From Candidatus Sumerlaeia bacterium (GTDB taxonomy: Bacteria > Sumerlaeota > Sumerlaeia > SLMS01), in contig JBBQYG010000107.1 of the NCBI GenBank assembly GCA_038208905.1, forward strand, positions 1-13,710: a DNA stretch of 13,710 nucleotides. Direction: 5' to 3'. Under the pieces are notes generated by a model that searched no databases, was not told where the DNA came from, and saw only the letters and a list, made by a program, of their open reading frames with translations. The first letter of the stretch is position 1; each line of letters opens with the position of its first letter. The translations under genes were made by a program, and so were the position numbers. This document shows, one piece after another, positions 1 through 7,471 of this stretch.

Positions 1-1
1 C

Positions 2-622
2 CAGATGGGCGACGGGGCATCCCTCTCTGCGGCGGTCGCGGAATTGCGGACGCAGTGGAGTGCGCTGGACACGGAAGAATCACCGGGGTCGGCGGAGGAA
101 CAGACCCCGCCAGCGCCCGATTACCAAGTCCCCGCGCGCGACGAGTTCCTGCGCATCGAGGACAAGACGTTGATGGGCTCTATTCCAGAATTGCTGCTGA
201 AGGCGGCGCCGATGCCCGACGTCGATTTCCACGCAGCGGTGGCGCCGGAGTTGCACGCGTGGATGAACGAAGAGCTGATCCGCGCGGAGTTGTTTTCGCG
301 GGCGGGCGCCCATCCTTCGCTCTCGCCGGCAAGGCGCGAGCGCACCGCGCGGCTGGCGTGGGATCGCGTCCGACATGTTCAGGCGCTGGAAAAGTTGCTG
401 GAGCTGTGCGGTGGATCGTGGGGCGCGTATCCGGCAACGCTGGACACGTGGCGCTCGGCGAAGCGCGCCAGCCTGCGGGAAATCGCCGGGGATCGCCTTG
501 CGGTGGACGCGCTGGCGGGGGCCTATGCGGCGGCGGGGCGCACGGAATTCGCCCACGCCTTTGACGCGATGCACATCGACAACGAGTGGATGCGGCGGCT
601 GTGCCGGGAGATCGCTACTTGA
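2..622 (+). CDS. DUF455-like ferritin-fold protein, C-terminal part (probably starts upstream of the window); metal ligands look degenerate
   Basis: The frame is open to the window edge. Motifs resemble DUF455 ferritin-like proteins: PARD, LHAWMNEE, ARLAWDRVRH, LELCGGSWGAYP. The TGA at 620-622 overlaps the convergent lpxK end. Confidence 0.6.
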   Translation, partial: QMGDGASLSAAVAELRTQWSALDTEESPGSAEEQTPPAPDYQVPARDEFLRIEDKTLMGSIPELLLKAAPMPDVDFHAAVAPELHAWMNEELIRAELFSRAGAHPSLSPARRERTARLAWDRVRHVQALEKLLELCGGSWGAYPATLDTWRSAKRASLREIAGDRLAVDALAGAYAAAGRTEFAHAFDAMHIDNEWMRRLCREIAT

Positions 623-1754
623 GCAGCCCGCGAACGCCGCGCGCCTGAACCCGCGCGCGAAGGGCCTTCTCCGCCGTGCGGCGGTCGCGCTCCTCCACGA
701 ATCGCAGTTCTGTTTTCAGCGCAATGATCTGGGGCGGGAGGGACCCGAGTTCCTCCAGCTTCGCCGCGTCCTTTTCCGTCACCACGACAAACTCCGCGCG
801 CATCTTCCGCATCATGCGAAGGGCGGCATCCAGCGTTTGGCGCGTAATCGTGGCGTGGTCGCCGAGGGAGCGCAGCTTGGCGACGCGGAGCCCCGCGGAC
901 TCGACGCTGGCGCGGACGGAGTCGGGATTGGCCACGCCCGTCAGCACGACGGCGCGCTTACCCTTCAGCGCGTCAAGCGGCAGCAATTCCCCACCCGCAA
1001 GGCGGCGCGCGCCGGTTGCCTCCAGCGACATGCGCGCGATGGGAACGCCGGGGGCGTGGTGCATGACCTCGCGCAGGGTGCGCTTGGGCGACGAGGCCTG
1101 ATTCCAGCGCGTCATCACAATGAGGTGGGCGCGAGAGAGCACGCCCGGTAGCTCGCGCAGGGTGCCGCGCGGCAGCAGTCGCAACGACGAAATCGGGCGC
1201 GTGGAGTCCACGAGCAGGATGTCGCCCTGGCGCGCGAGATCGTGATGCTGAAATCCATCGTCGAGGACGAGAGTATCGATCTCGAATTTCTTGAGCGCAT
1301 AGCGTCCGCCCCGCGCGCGGTCGGCGCAGGCAACCACGGGGACGTCCCCGAGCATCCGCGCCAGCATCACCGGTTCGTCGCCGCCATCGGTGGTCTGCGC
1401 GAGCAGGCGCGAGCCGTTGTGGACGACCACGAGGCGCGATTCGTCGGCGCGGCCATACCCGCGCGTCAGGACAGCGGGGCGCTTCCCCTCGGCCCTGAGC
1501 CACTCAACCAGCCACGCGCAGAAGGGCGACTTCCCCGTGCCGCCGACGGTGATGTTGCCGACGCTGAGGACGATGGCGGGGAGCGATTCGCGCTGCTGGA
1601 TTCCGGCGTCGTGGAGCAGGCGATTGATCGCCGCGCCCACGGCATAGAACGGCGACGCGACGGAGAGCGTGGCCTGGGCCAGCGAGCCCGCGGGTCCGCC
1701 CGGCGCGGCGTCGTCGGCGATGCGCGCAAAGAAGCGGCTGAGGGTTCCGGCCAT
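615..1754 (-). CDS. lpxK: Tetraacyldisaccharide 4'-kinase (lipid A 4'-kinase)
   Basis: Contains SVGNITVGGTGKSP (P-loop), LTRGYGR, GDEP, LDDGFQH and LLPRGTLRE, plus C-terminal GVANP, DH and VVTEKDAAKL motifs. Confidence 0.97.
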   Translation of the reverse strand: MAGTLSRFFARIADDAAPGGPAGSLAQATLSVASPFYAVGAAINRLLHDAGIQQRESLPAIVLSVGNITVGGTGKSPFCAWLVEWLRAEGKRPAVLTRGYGRADESRLVVVHNGSRLLAQTTDGGDEPVMLARMLGDVPVVACADRARGGRYALKKFEIDTLVLDDGFQHHDLARQGDILLVDSTRPISSLRLLPRGTLRELPGVLSRAHLIVMTRWNQASSPKRTLREVMHHAPGVPIARMSLEATGARRLAGGELLPLDALKGKRAVVLTGVANPDSVRASVESAGLRVAKLRSLGDHATITRQTLDAALRMMRKMRAEFVVVTEKDAAKLEELGSLPPQIIALKTELRFVEERDRRTAEKALRARVQARGVRGLLK

Positions 1755-1762
1755 TGCGGGGA

Positions 1763-2224
1763 CTACTCTTTCTTGCCGGAGACGAGCGGAAGGATCGCGC
1801 GCGCGTAGCCGTCGAAGGCGTACCAGATTTGCTCGTGCCCCGCGGGCGTGTCGAAGTCCTCGGGGGAGAGGCGCAGGTCGCTGGCGAAGTGGAACCAGCC
1901 GGTGTCATGGAAGTGCTGCACCTCGAAGGACAACTCGTCGTCGGCCTCCATCGCGTCCTCGAGGAACTCGGTCATGGTGCCGCCGTTGGACTCCACGGCG
2001 TCCTCGATTTCCTCGTTGGCCCAGCGGTCGCGCGCGGCAAATCCAACGCGCAGCGTGGTGCCGGCATGGCGCGTGCCGAGATAGACAACCTTGTCGGGCG
2101 CGGGGCCGACGGCGGCGAGGATGACGTCTCCCCCGCCGATGACGCCCGGCGGCGGATCGAGGAGCATCGCCGCGTGGGGCGAGGCGGCGATGGCCTTGTT
2201 GATCCAGTCTTGGAGGGCGCTCAA
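1763..2224 (-). CDS. Hypothetical acidic protein (~153 aa), translationally coupled to pheT
   Basis: An in-frame TTG at 2224-2222 overlaps the pheT stop (TTGA). The protein MSALQDWINK...GKKE looks globular. The upstream part of the 352-aa ORF lies inside pheT in another frame and is Arg-rich noise. There is an 8-nt gap to the lpxK start. Confidence 0.8.
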   Translation of the reverse strand: MSALQDWINKAIAASPHAAMLLDPPPGVIGGGDVILAAVGPAPDKVVYLGTRHAGTTLRVGFAARDRWANEEIEDAVESNGGTMTEFLEDAMEADDELSFEVQHFHDTGWFHFASDLRLSPEDFDTPAGHEQIWYAFDGYARAILPLVSGKKE

Positions 2225-4644
2225 CGGAGCACCGCCCCGGCATCGCGGGCGAGTGCCTCCAGAATTTCGGCGTGACGTGTGTTCACTTCGTCCTCCTTCA
2301 ATGTGCGGTCGGCCGCTCGATAGGTGAGGGAATACGCGAGGGACTTTTTCCCGGCGGCGACGTGTTCGCCCTCGTAAACGTCGAAAAGGCGCAGGCCGGA
2401 GAGCATCTCCTTGCCGGCCTTGCGGATTGCGCGCTCCAGATCGAGCGACCGCGCGGAGTGATCCACCACCAGCGCGATGTCGCGGGAGACCGCGGGAAAG
2501 CGCGCGATGTCGATAAACTTTCGCGGAGAGGCGGCATCGAGCACCGCGCCGAGGAGCGGAATCTCGATATAGTACACGGGCTTGCGGATGCCGAGCTGCT
2601 TGAGGAGGAGCGGGTTGACCTCGCCAAAGAGCGCGACCGGCACGCCCTTCACGAGGATGCGCGCGGCGCGCCCGGGATGAAGCCAGGACACGTCTCCCGC
2701 GATCTCCAGCACGGGCTTCTGAAGCCCAAGCTGCGCGGTCAGGTGCTCGGCGATGCCCTTGGTGGCGAAGAAGTCGATGGCGACCTCGCCCTCTTTCCAG
2801 TTCTGGCGCAGGTGGCCGCACAGCGCCGCCGCGAAGTAGGGCGTCTCGCGCGCGGGCGGCTTCAGTTCGCCGGCCTCGCGGGCTTCGGCCTCCTCGGACT
2901 CGAACTCGTAGGTGGAGCCAAGCTCGAACAGCGCGATGTCGTCCACGCTCTGGTTCAGATTGTGGAGCACGTTCTGCAACAGCGACGGCAGCAGGCCGCG
3001 ACGCATCACGGACTGGTCGGAGGTGATGGGATTCAGCACGCGGACCTGGCGCTTGTCGTCGGCGCCCAGGATCGCATTGGCACCCTCGCTGACGAAGCTG
3101 AAGTTGATCGCCTGGCAGAAACCCTGCGACACCGCCGCATCCGCCAGCGCCTCCCGCGCGGCGTCCAGGGGCGACTGTGGCTTGAACTCGCTGGAGAGCG
3201 CGAGGCGGCGCTCCTCGATGCGGTCATAGCCGACGATGCGCGCGACTTCCTCGATAATGTCGGCCTCGATGGAGACATCCACGCGGTGGGATGGCGCCTC
3301 GACGAGCATCTCCTCGCGGTCGCTGCGGTGAATTTCGAAACCGAGCGGCGTGAGCACGTCGGCGACCTCTCGCCCCGTGAGCTGGAGGCCCAGCACGCGG
3401 TTGAGGCGCGGCAGCCGGACAAGGATCTGGTCCTTCTCGGGCTGGCGCGAAACGATGTCGATCACGCCCTTGCTGGCGGTGCCGCCGGCGATCTCGACCA
3501 GTAGCCGCGCGCAACGATTCAGTGCGGCGGTCAGGCGGCGCTGGTCGGTGCCGCGCTCGAAGCGATAGCTGGAATCCGTGGACTTGTCCAGCCGCTTGCT
3601 CGTCTTGCGAATCGTGGACGGGCGGAAATACGCCGACTCGATCAGGACGTTCGTGGTGGTTGGGCGGATCTCTGAATTGCCGCCGCCCATGATTCCCGCC
3701 AGGGCCACGGGCTTCAGCGCGTCGCAGATCAACAGGTCCGTCGGCTCCAGCTTCTGCGTCGCGCCGTCCAGCGTGGCGATCGTCTCGCCCTGCTGGGCGT
3801 TGCGGACCACGATCTGGGCGCCGGCAACAAGGTCGAGGTCGAAGGAATGAAGTGGATGGCCCAGCTCCAGCAGCACGAAATTGGAAATGTCCACCACGTT
3901 GTTGATCGGGCGGAGCCCGGCGCTCTCCAGCACGACCTGCATCCAGCGCGGAGAGGGGCCGATCTTCACGTCGGTGACAACGCGCGCCGTGTAGCGCGGG
4001 CAGTCGTCCTTGGCCGTGACCGTCACGCGGGCCAGCGTTTCCGTGCGGTCGTCGCCTTCCTCCACGGCAAGGTCAGGGCCTTTCAGCGTCGCGCGGGCGC
4101 CCTTGACCAGAAAGGGAATCTTCGCCGCTAGGTCCCGCGCCACGCCCATGATCGAGAGCGCGTCGGGTCGGTTCGGAGTGATGCTGATTTCGATTAGTGC
4201 ATCCCACGGCTCCCCCACCGGCGCATCGTCGGGGAGGATCCAGATACCGTCCGCGTCCTCCGCTACGCCCAGCTCGGCGGCGCTGCACAGCATGCCCTGC
4301 CCCTCGATGCCGAGGATCTTGCGCGGCTTCAGCACCGTGCCGTCGGGAAACGTCATGCCAAACCGCGCCACGGGGACCTTCTGACCCTCCACGATATTGC
4401 GCGCGCCACAGATGATCTGCAACGTCTCCGGCTCGTCGGCCTTCACCGTGCAAAGGCGAATCTTCTCCGCCCCCTCCACCGGCTCGATGCGCAGGATCTG
4501 CCCAACAACCACCTTGCCGGACTGCATCCCAAGATCGATGACCCCCTCCACCTCGAGGCCACACTGATACAGGGCATCGATGATCTTGTTCAGGGGAACG
4601 TCGGTGTGGAGGTATTGCCTGAGCCAACGGACGGAGAAACGCAT
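2221..4644 (-). CDS. pheT: Phenylalanine--tRNA ligase beta subunit
   Basis: 807 aa. N-terminus MRFSVRWLRQY; OB fold (IICGARNI, GMLCSAAELG); ITPNRPDALS; B3/4 (RPINNVVDISN, GHPLHSFD, RFERG); B5 (DIIEEVARIVGY); C-terminal FDX-ACB (RFPAVSRDIA, LFDVYEG, GKKSLAY). Confidence 0.99.
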   Translation of the reverse strand: MRFSVRWLRQYLHTDVPLNKIIDALYQCGLEVEGVIDLGMQSGKVVVGQILRIEPVEGAEKIRLCTVKADEPETLQIICGARNIVEGQKVPVARFGMTFPDGTVLKPRKILGIEGQGMLCSAAELGVAEDADGIWILPDDAPVGEPWDALIEISITPNRPDALSIMGVARDLAAKIPFLVKGARATLKGPDLAVEEGDDRTETLARVTVTAKDDCPRYTARVVTDVKIGPSPRWMQVVLESAGLRPINNVVDISNFVLLELGHPLHSFDLDLVAGAQIVVRNAQQGETIATLDGATQKLEPTDLLICDALKPVALAGIMGGGNSEIRPTTTNVLIESAYFRPSTIRKTSKRLDKSTDSSYRFERGTDQRRLTAALNRCARLLVEIAGGTASKGVIDIVSRQPEKDQILVRLPRLNRVLGLQLTGREVADVLTPLGFEIHRSDREEMLVEAPSHRVDVSIEADIIEEVARIVGYDRIEERRLALSSEFKPQSPLDAAREALADAAVSQGFCQAINFSFVSEGANAILGADDKRQVRVLNPITSDQSVMRRGLLPSLLQNVLHNLNQSVDDIALFELGSTYEFESEEAEAREAGELKPPARETPYFAAALCGHLRQNWKEGEVAIDFFATKGIAEHLTAQLGLQKPVLEIAGDVSWLHPGRAARILVKGVPVALFGEVNPLLLKQLGIRKPVYYIEIPLLGAVLDAASPRKFIDIARFPAVSRDIALVVDHSARSLDLERAIRKAGKEMLSGLRLFDVYEGEHVAAGKKSLAYSLTYRAADRTLKEDEVNTRHAEILEALARDAGAVLR

Positions 4645-4805
4645 CGCCGGGAGAACATCCTGTCAATTCGGAGTCACGGAGCCACCAGCGGCCCGAAGGG
4701 ACAGGAGACGGCGCGGCGTGGAACGGGTGAAAGCGGAATCTGGGCCGGGCGTTGGGGGTGCCTTCGCATGACTCGCCCGGGAAAGGGCGGCGGGCGCGAT
4801 ATTGC

Positions 4806-4832
4806 TCAGTCCGATCAGTCGCATCCGACCGA
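4806..4832. repeat. Three imperfect 9-bp tandem units (TCAGTCCGA / TCAGTCGCA / TCCGACCGA)
   Basis: Read directly at 4806-4814, 4815-4823 and 4824-4832, just past the stop codon of the zinc-ribbon relic. Confidence 0.6.
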
Positions 4833-4835
4833 TGC

Positions 4836-4985
4836 CTAAACCTCCGCGATCCCCTTGCAATCGGGATAGCCCGCGCAGACAGAACTGCTTCCCCGCGCGG
4901 GGGCCCTTCTGCGCCGTTGGCAGGACCGTAGCCTTCCAACACACGGGGCACGGCGGAATCGCATCCGCTGGAGCCGCAGTCGGCC
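4836..4985 (-). pseudogene. Relic of a topoisomerase-type C4 zinc-ribbon domain (frameshifted, no start of its own)
   Basis: Minus strand reads TAAPADAIPPCPVCWKATVLPTAQKGPRAGKQF, then after a frameshift near 4878 reads CAGYPDCKGIAEV* (TAG 4838-4836). This matches the consensus CPxCGxxMVLRTAKKGxxAGxQFWGCSxYPxCKG. Confidence 0.75.
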
Positions 4986-5738
4986 TCACCGTCCCGCCGT
5001 CGCCACCGCCCGCTTTTCGGTCCCTGTCACGACGCCGGCGATGTGCTCGGGGAGTTCGAGGGACATGGTGGCGATGGCTTCCTCGGCGGCGTAGAGGAGG
5101 CAGTAGTCCGTTTTCAGGACCTTGGTGTTGAGGCCCATCTGGGCGTAGCCGGCGTTGCCGCGGCGGATGGCGAACTCGCCGATCTTGCGTTCGGCGAAGG
5201 GGCCCTCGAAAATCTCTCCCTCGATCTGGATGCGCGATTCGCCGATGTAGCCGACGAAGTAGCGGGCGAATCCCCAGCCGGCGGTGTAGTCGGTGACGCG
5301 CGACTTGAGGGTGATCACCATGTGGTCCTTGAGGACCGGGTCGGTGGCGCGATAGGCGAAGCGCACGCGCGTGGGGGCGGGGTAGGCGCGCAGGAGGTAG
5401 CGGTAGAAGCGCTCCCGCACGGTGAAGAGCGTGAACTCCAGCTTCTCCGGGTCGTCGCTGGGGAAGGGCTTCGCGGCGGCCCATTCCACCTCGGGAATCA
5501 CGAAGAGTACACCGCGCGTGGTGGCGGAATCGTTCTCCGCCAGGAGCGCGGGGAGCTCGGGAAGCGGGGCGTATTCGCCATCGTCCAGGCGCAGCTTGAA
5601 CGTGGAGCGGTCAACGGCGTTGAAGTCCGTGTATCCGCCCTCGAGGAACCCCGTGTCGCGGACGCGCGAGTAGCAGCCGCCGAGCGCCAGCAGCGATGCG
5701 ATCAGGCAGAAGGCGGCGGCGATTCTGAGTCCCGGCAT
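4986..5738 (-). CDS. Lipoprotein, DUF3313/DUF4410-like
   Basis: Signal peptide with lipobox LGG-C. DTGFLEGGY resembles the DUF3313 'SGFLxxY' motif. VTDYTAGWGFARYFVGYIGESRIQIEGEI resembles the DUF4410/DUF3313 core. Confidence 0.7.
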   Translation of the reverse strand: MPGLRIAAAFCLIASLLALGGCYSRVRDTGFLEGGYTDFNAVDRSTFKLRLDDGEYAPLPELPALLAENDSATTRGVLFVIPEVEWAAAKPFPSDDPEKLEFTLFTVRERFYRYLLRAYPAPTRVRFAYRATDPVLKDHMVITLKSRVTDYTAGWGFARYFVGYIGESRIQIEGEIFEGPFAERKIGEFAIRRGNAGYAQMGLNTKVLKTDYCLLYAAEEAIATMSLELPEHIAGVVTGTEKRAVATAGR

Positions 5739-5773
5739 GGCGTTCTATCCCGTTTGGGGGTGGGCTACTTGCG

Positions 5774-5807
5774 CGAAGGGAGCGCCCGTGGGTGGGCGCT
5801 CCCTTCG
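5774..5807. terminator. Perfect 14-bp hairpin between the OmpA/MotB gene and the lipoprotein gene (terminator or mRNA-stabilising stem)
   Basis: CGAAGGGAGCGCCC-gtgggt-GGGCGCTCCCTTCG, 35 nt after the stop codon. There is no U-tract on the minus (coding) strand and only TTT on the plus strand. Confidence 0.55.
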
Positions 5808-5842
5808 TTTCCCGCGTCGGTTGGGTTTTCCTGCGTGGTGGC

Positions 5843-7105
5843 TTAGTTTACGGAGGCCAGCGCCTCGCGCTGGATGGCGACCTTCTCCGGGATGATGACG
5901 ATGACGGCGCGGCGGTTGGTGCCCATCGTCTCGGGGGTGGAGTTGCCGGCCTTGGGGCGGAACTCGCCGAAGGAAGTGGCGCTGACCTTGTCGGGGCTGA
6001 CGCCGTGGTTCTCGACGAGCTCGTGCAGGATGTTGAGCGCGCGCGCGGCGCCGAGCTCCCAGTTGGAGCGCCAGCCGGAGTGCTTGATCGGCTGGTTGTC
6101 GGTGTGGCCCTCGATCAGCAGCTCGCGGCCGGGGAACTTGTCCTGGATGATGCGCGACACGTCGCCGAGGAGGACACGTCCGCTGTCGGAGAGGTCGGAG
6201 CTTCCGGACTTGAACAAGAGCGAGTTGACGATGGTGAGCGTGAGGCCGCGGCTGGTGTCCTCAAGCTGGACGTTGAGCTTGTCGAGTTCGCCGCGAAGGC
6301 TGCCAAGGGCGGCCTCCTTGCCGTCGAGGGATGTCTGGAGGACCTTGTACTTGCCGTCGAGTTCGGCGAGGTTGCGCTCCTTGAGGGCCAGTTCCTGCTC
6401 GCGTGCGGCGAGGTCGGCGGCCTTCTTGTTCAGATCGGCCTCCAGGGCGGCGATGGACTTGTCCTTGCCTGAGGCGGCGTCGTTGAGCTTGGAAAGGATG
6501 TCTTCCTTGTTCTCCAGCATGTCCTTGAGGCGCTGGAGTTCGTCGCCGAGCTTCTTGGAATCCTGCTCGAGAATGCCCTTCTGCTCGTTGAGCTTCTCGA
6601 TGTCCTTGCGCAGGGCGTCGCGCTGGGCCTCGGCCTCGGAAAGGGACTGGCGGAGGCGATCGGCGTCGCCGGCGTCAACCGCGCGAAGGCGGGCGTCCTC
6701 GCGTGCGGCGGCGAGGTCCTTCTCAAGCTGGGCGATGCTGTCGCGGAGTGCCTGCATCTCGGCGGTGTCGGGCGTGGAGGGCGACGTATTGCGAAGGGCG
6801 GCAAGCTCGGCCTCGCGGGAGGCGAGTTCGGCGCGAAGGTTCGTCAGCTCGCGCTCAAGGTCCTCCTCGGTGATCTGGTCATAGGCGTCGCCAACCAGGC
6901 CGCCGATGGCGGCGCCGGAGGAACCGCCGACAACGGCGCCGGTGGTGGGCCCGATGGGGACCCAGTTGTTGCCCACCACGGCGCCCGCGATGCCGCCGGC
7001 AAGGCCGGCGCCCGCGGCGCCCTTCTGGGCGGAACTGCATCCGACGCCTGCGATTGCGCCAGCGACGAGTACGGCGGAAAGGGTGATAGCCTTGAGGGTT
7101 TTCAT
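5843..7105 (-). CDS. OmpA/MotB-family peptidoglycan-binding lipoprotein with glycine zipper and long coiled coil
   Basis: Lipobox GVG-C; glycine zipper (GAAGAGLAGGIAGAVVG...GAAIGGLVG); ~200 aa heptad-rich region; C-terminal OmpA-like domain (LLFKSGSSDL, IEGHTDNQPI, SNWELGAARA, SFGEFRP, NRRAVIVI). RBS CAGGAG upstream. Confidence 0.9.
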   Translation of the reverse strand: MKTLKAITLSAVLVAGAIAGVGCSSAQKGAAGAGLAGGIAGAVVGNNWVPIGPTTGAVVGGSSGAAIGGLVGDAYDQITEEDLERELTNLRAELASREAELAALRNTSPSTPDTAEMQALRDSIAQLEKDLAAAREDARLRAVDAGDADRLRQSLSEAEAQRDALRKDIEKLNEQKGILEQDSKKLGDELQRLKDMLENKEDILSKLNDAASGKDKSIAALEADLNKKAADLAAREQELALKERNLAELDGKYKVLQTSLDGKEAALGSLRGELDKLNVQLEDTSRGLTLTIVNSLLFKSGSSDLSDSGRVLLGDVSRIIQDKFPGRELLIEGHTDNQPIKHSGWRSNWELGAARALNILHELVENHGVSPDKVSATSFGEFRPKAGNSTPETMGTNRRAVIVIIPEKVAIQREALASVN

Positions 7106-7258
7106 GCGATATGGCTCCTGGAGGAATGGGGCTACGCTGCGGGGGACACGGGAAGTGGTGGTCTTTTGAACCCCTCAAGAAGGGTCCGCAGGCGTGTTTT
7201 CACAGGACGATGGCTCTCGGGGCGGGAACAACATCAAGAAAAAACGACAGGAAAAAAT

Positions 7259-7310
7259 CAGGGAGCGGCAGGGGAGCGGCAGGGAGAAGCAGGGAAAGGC
7301 GGGAACGGGA
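7259..7310 (+). repeat. Imperfect 10-11-nt tandem repeat (CAGGGAGCGG-like) with six G3+ tracts
   Basis: cagggagcgg-caggggagcgg-cagggagaag-cagggaaagg-cgggaa-cggga, in the region between divergent genes. Confidence 0.7.
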
Positions 7311-7471
7311 ATACGGCAGGAAGACGCGGGGAATGGCTCCTCACCTCGGGACTTTCGGGAGAGGAGGAGATGCGGGGGTCGCGATTCGTGAAATATTCGT
7401 CCTTTCAATTGGCTTGGGTTTTGACCCAATACTACCTTATTGCAACCGACTTCCCATAGAAAGGATTCCCC

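Noticed and set aside
2225..2821. N-terminal ~200 aa of the 352-aa ORF 1763..2821
   Set aside because: It overlaps pheT in another frame and is Arg/Gly-rich shadow translation. A coupled TTG start at 2224 explains the real gene.
2272..3504. 410-aa plus-strand ORF, and similar long antisense ORFs (9323..10705, 5874..6884, 10780..11835, 12126..13181)
   Set aside because: These are antisense shadows of confidently identified genes, as expected in high-GC DNA, and carry no family motifs.
4661..4666. TTGACA on the minus strand upstream of pheT
   Set aside because: It is only 16 nt from the ATG, leaving no room for a -10 box. It overlaps the probable RBS (ACAGGA).
4645..4805. T-box or Phe-attenuator leader upstream of pheT
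   Set aside because: No T-box consensus, Phe-rich leader peptide or terminator/antiterminator pair was recognisable.
4663..5484. 273-aa minus-strand ORF containing CPVC
   Set aside because: It is mostly an alternative frame of the lipoprotein gene. Only the ~35-aa zinc-ribbon segment is meaningful and is reported as a relic.
5843..7105. Annotation as flagellar stator motB
   Set aside because: It has a lipoprotein signal and glycine zipper instead of the MotB transmembrane helix with conserved Asp, and there is no motA neighbour.
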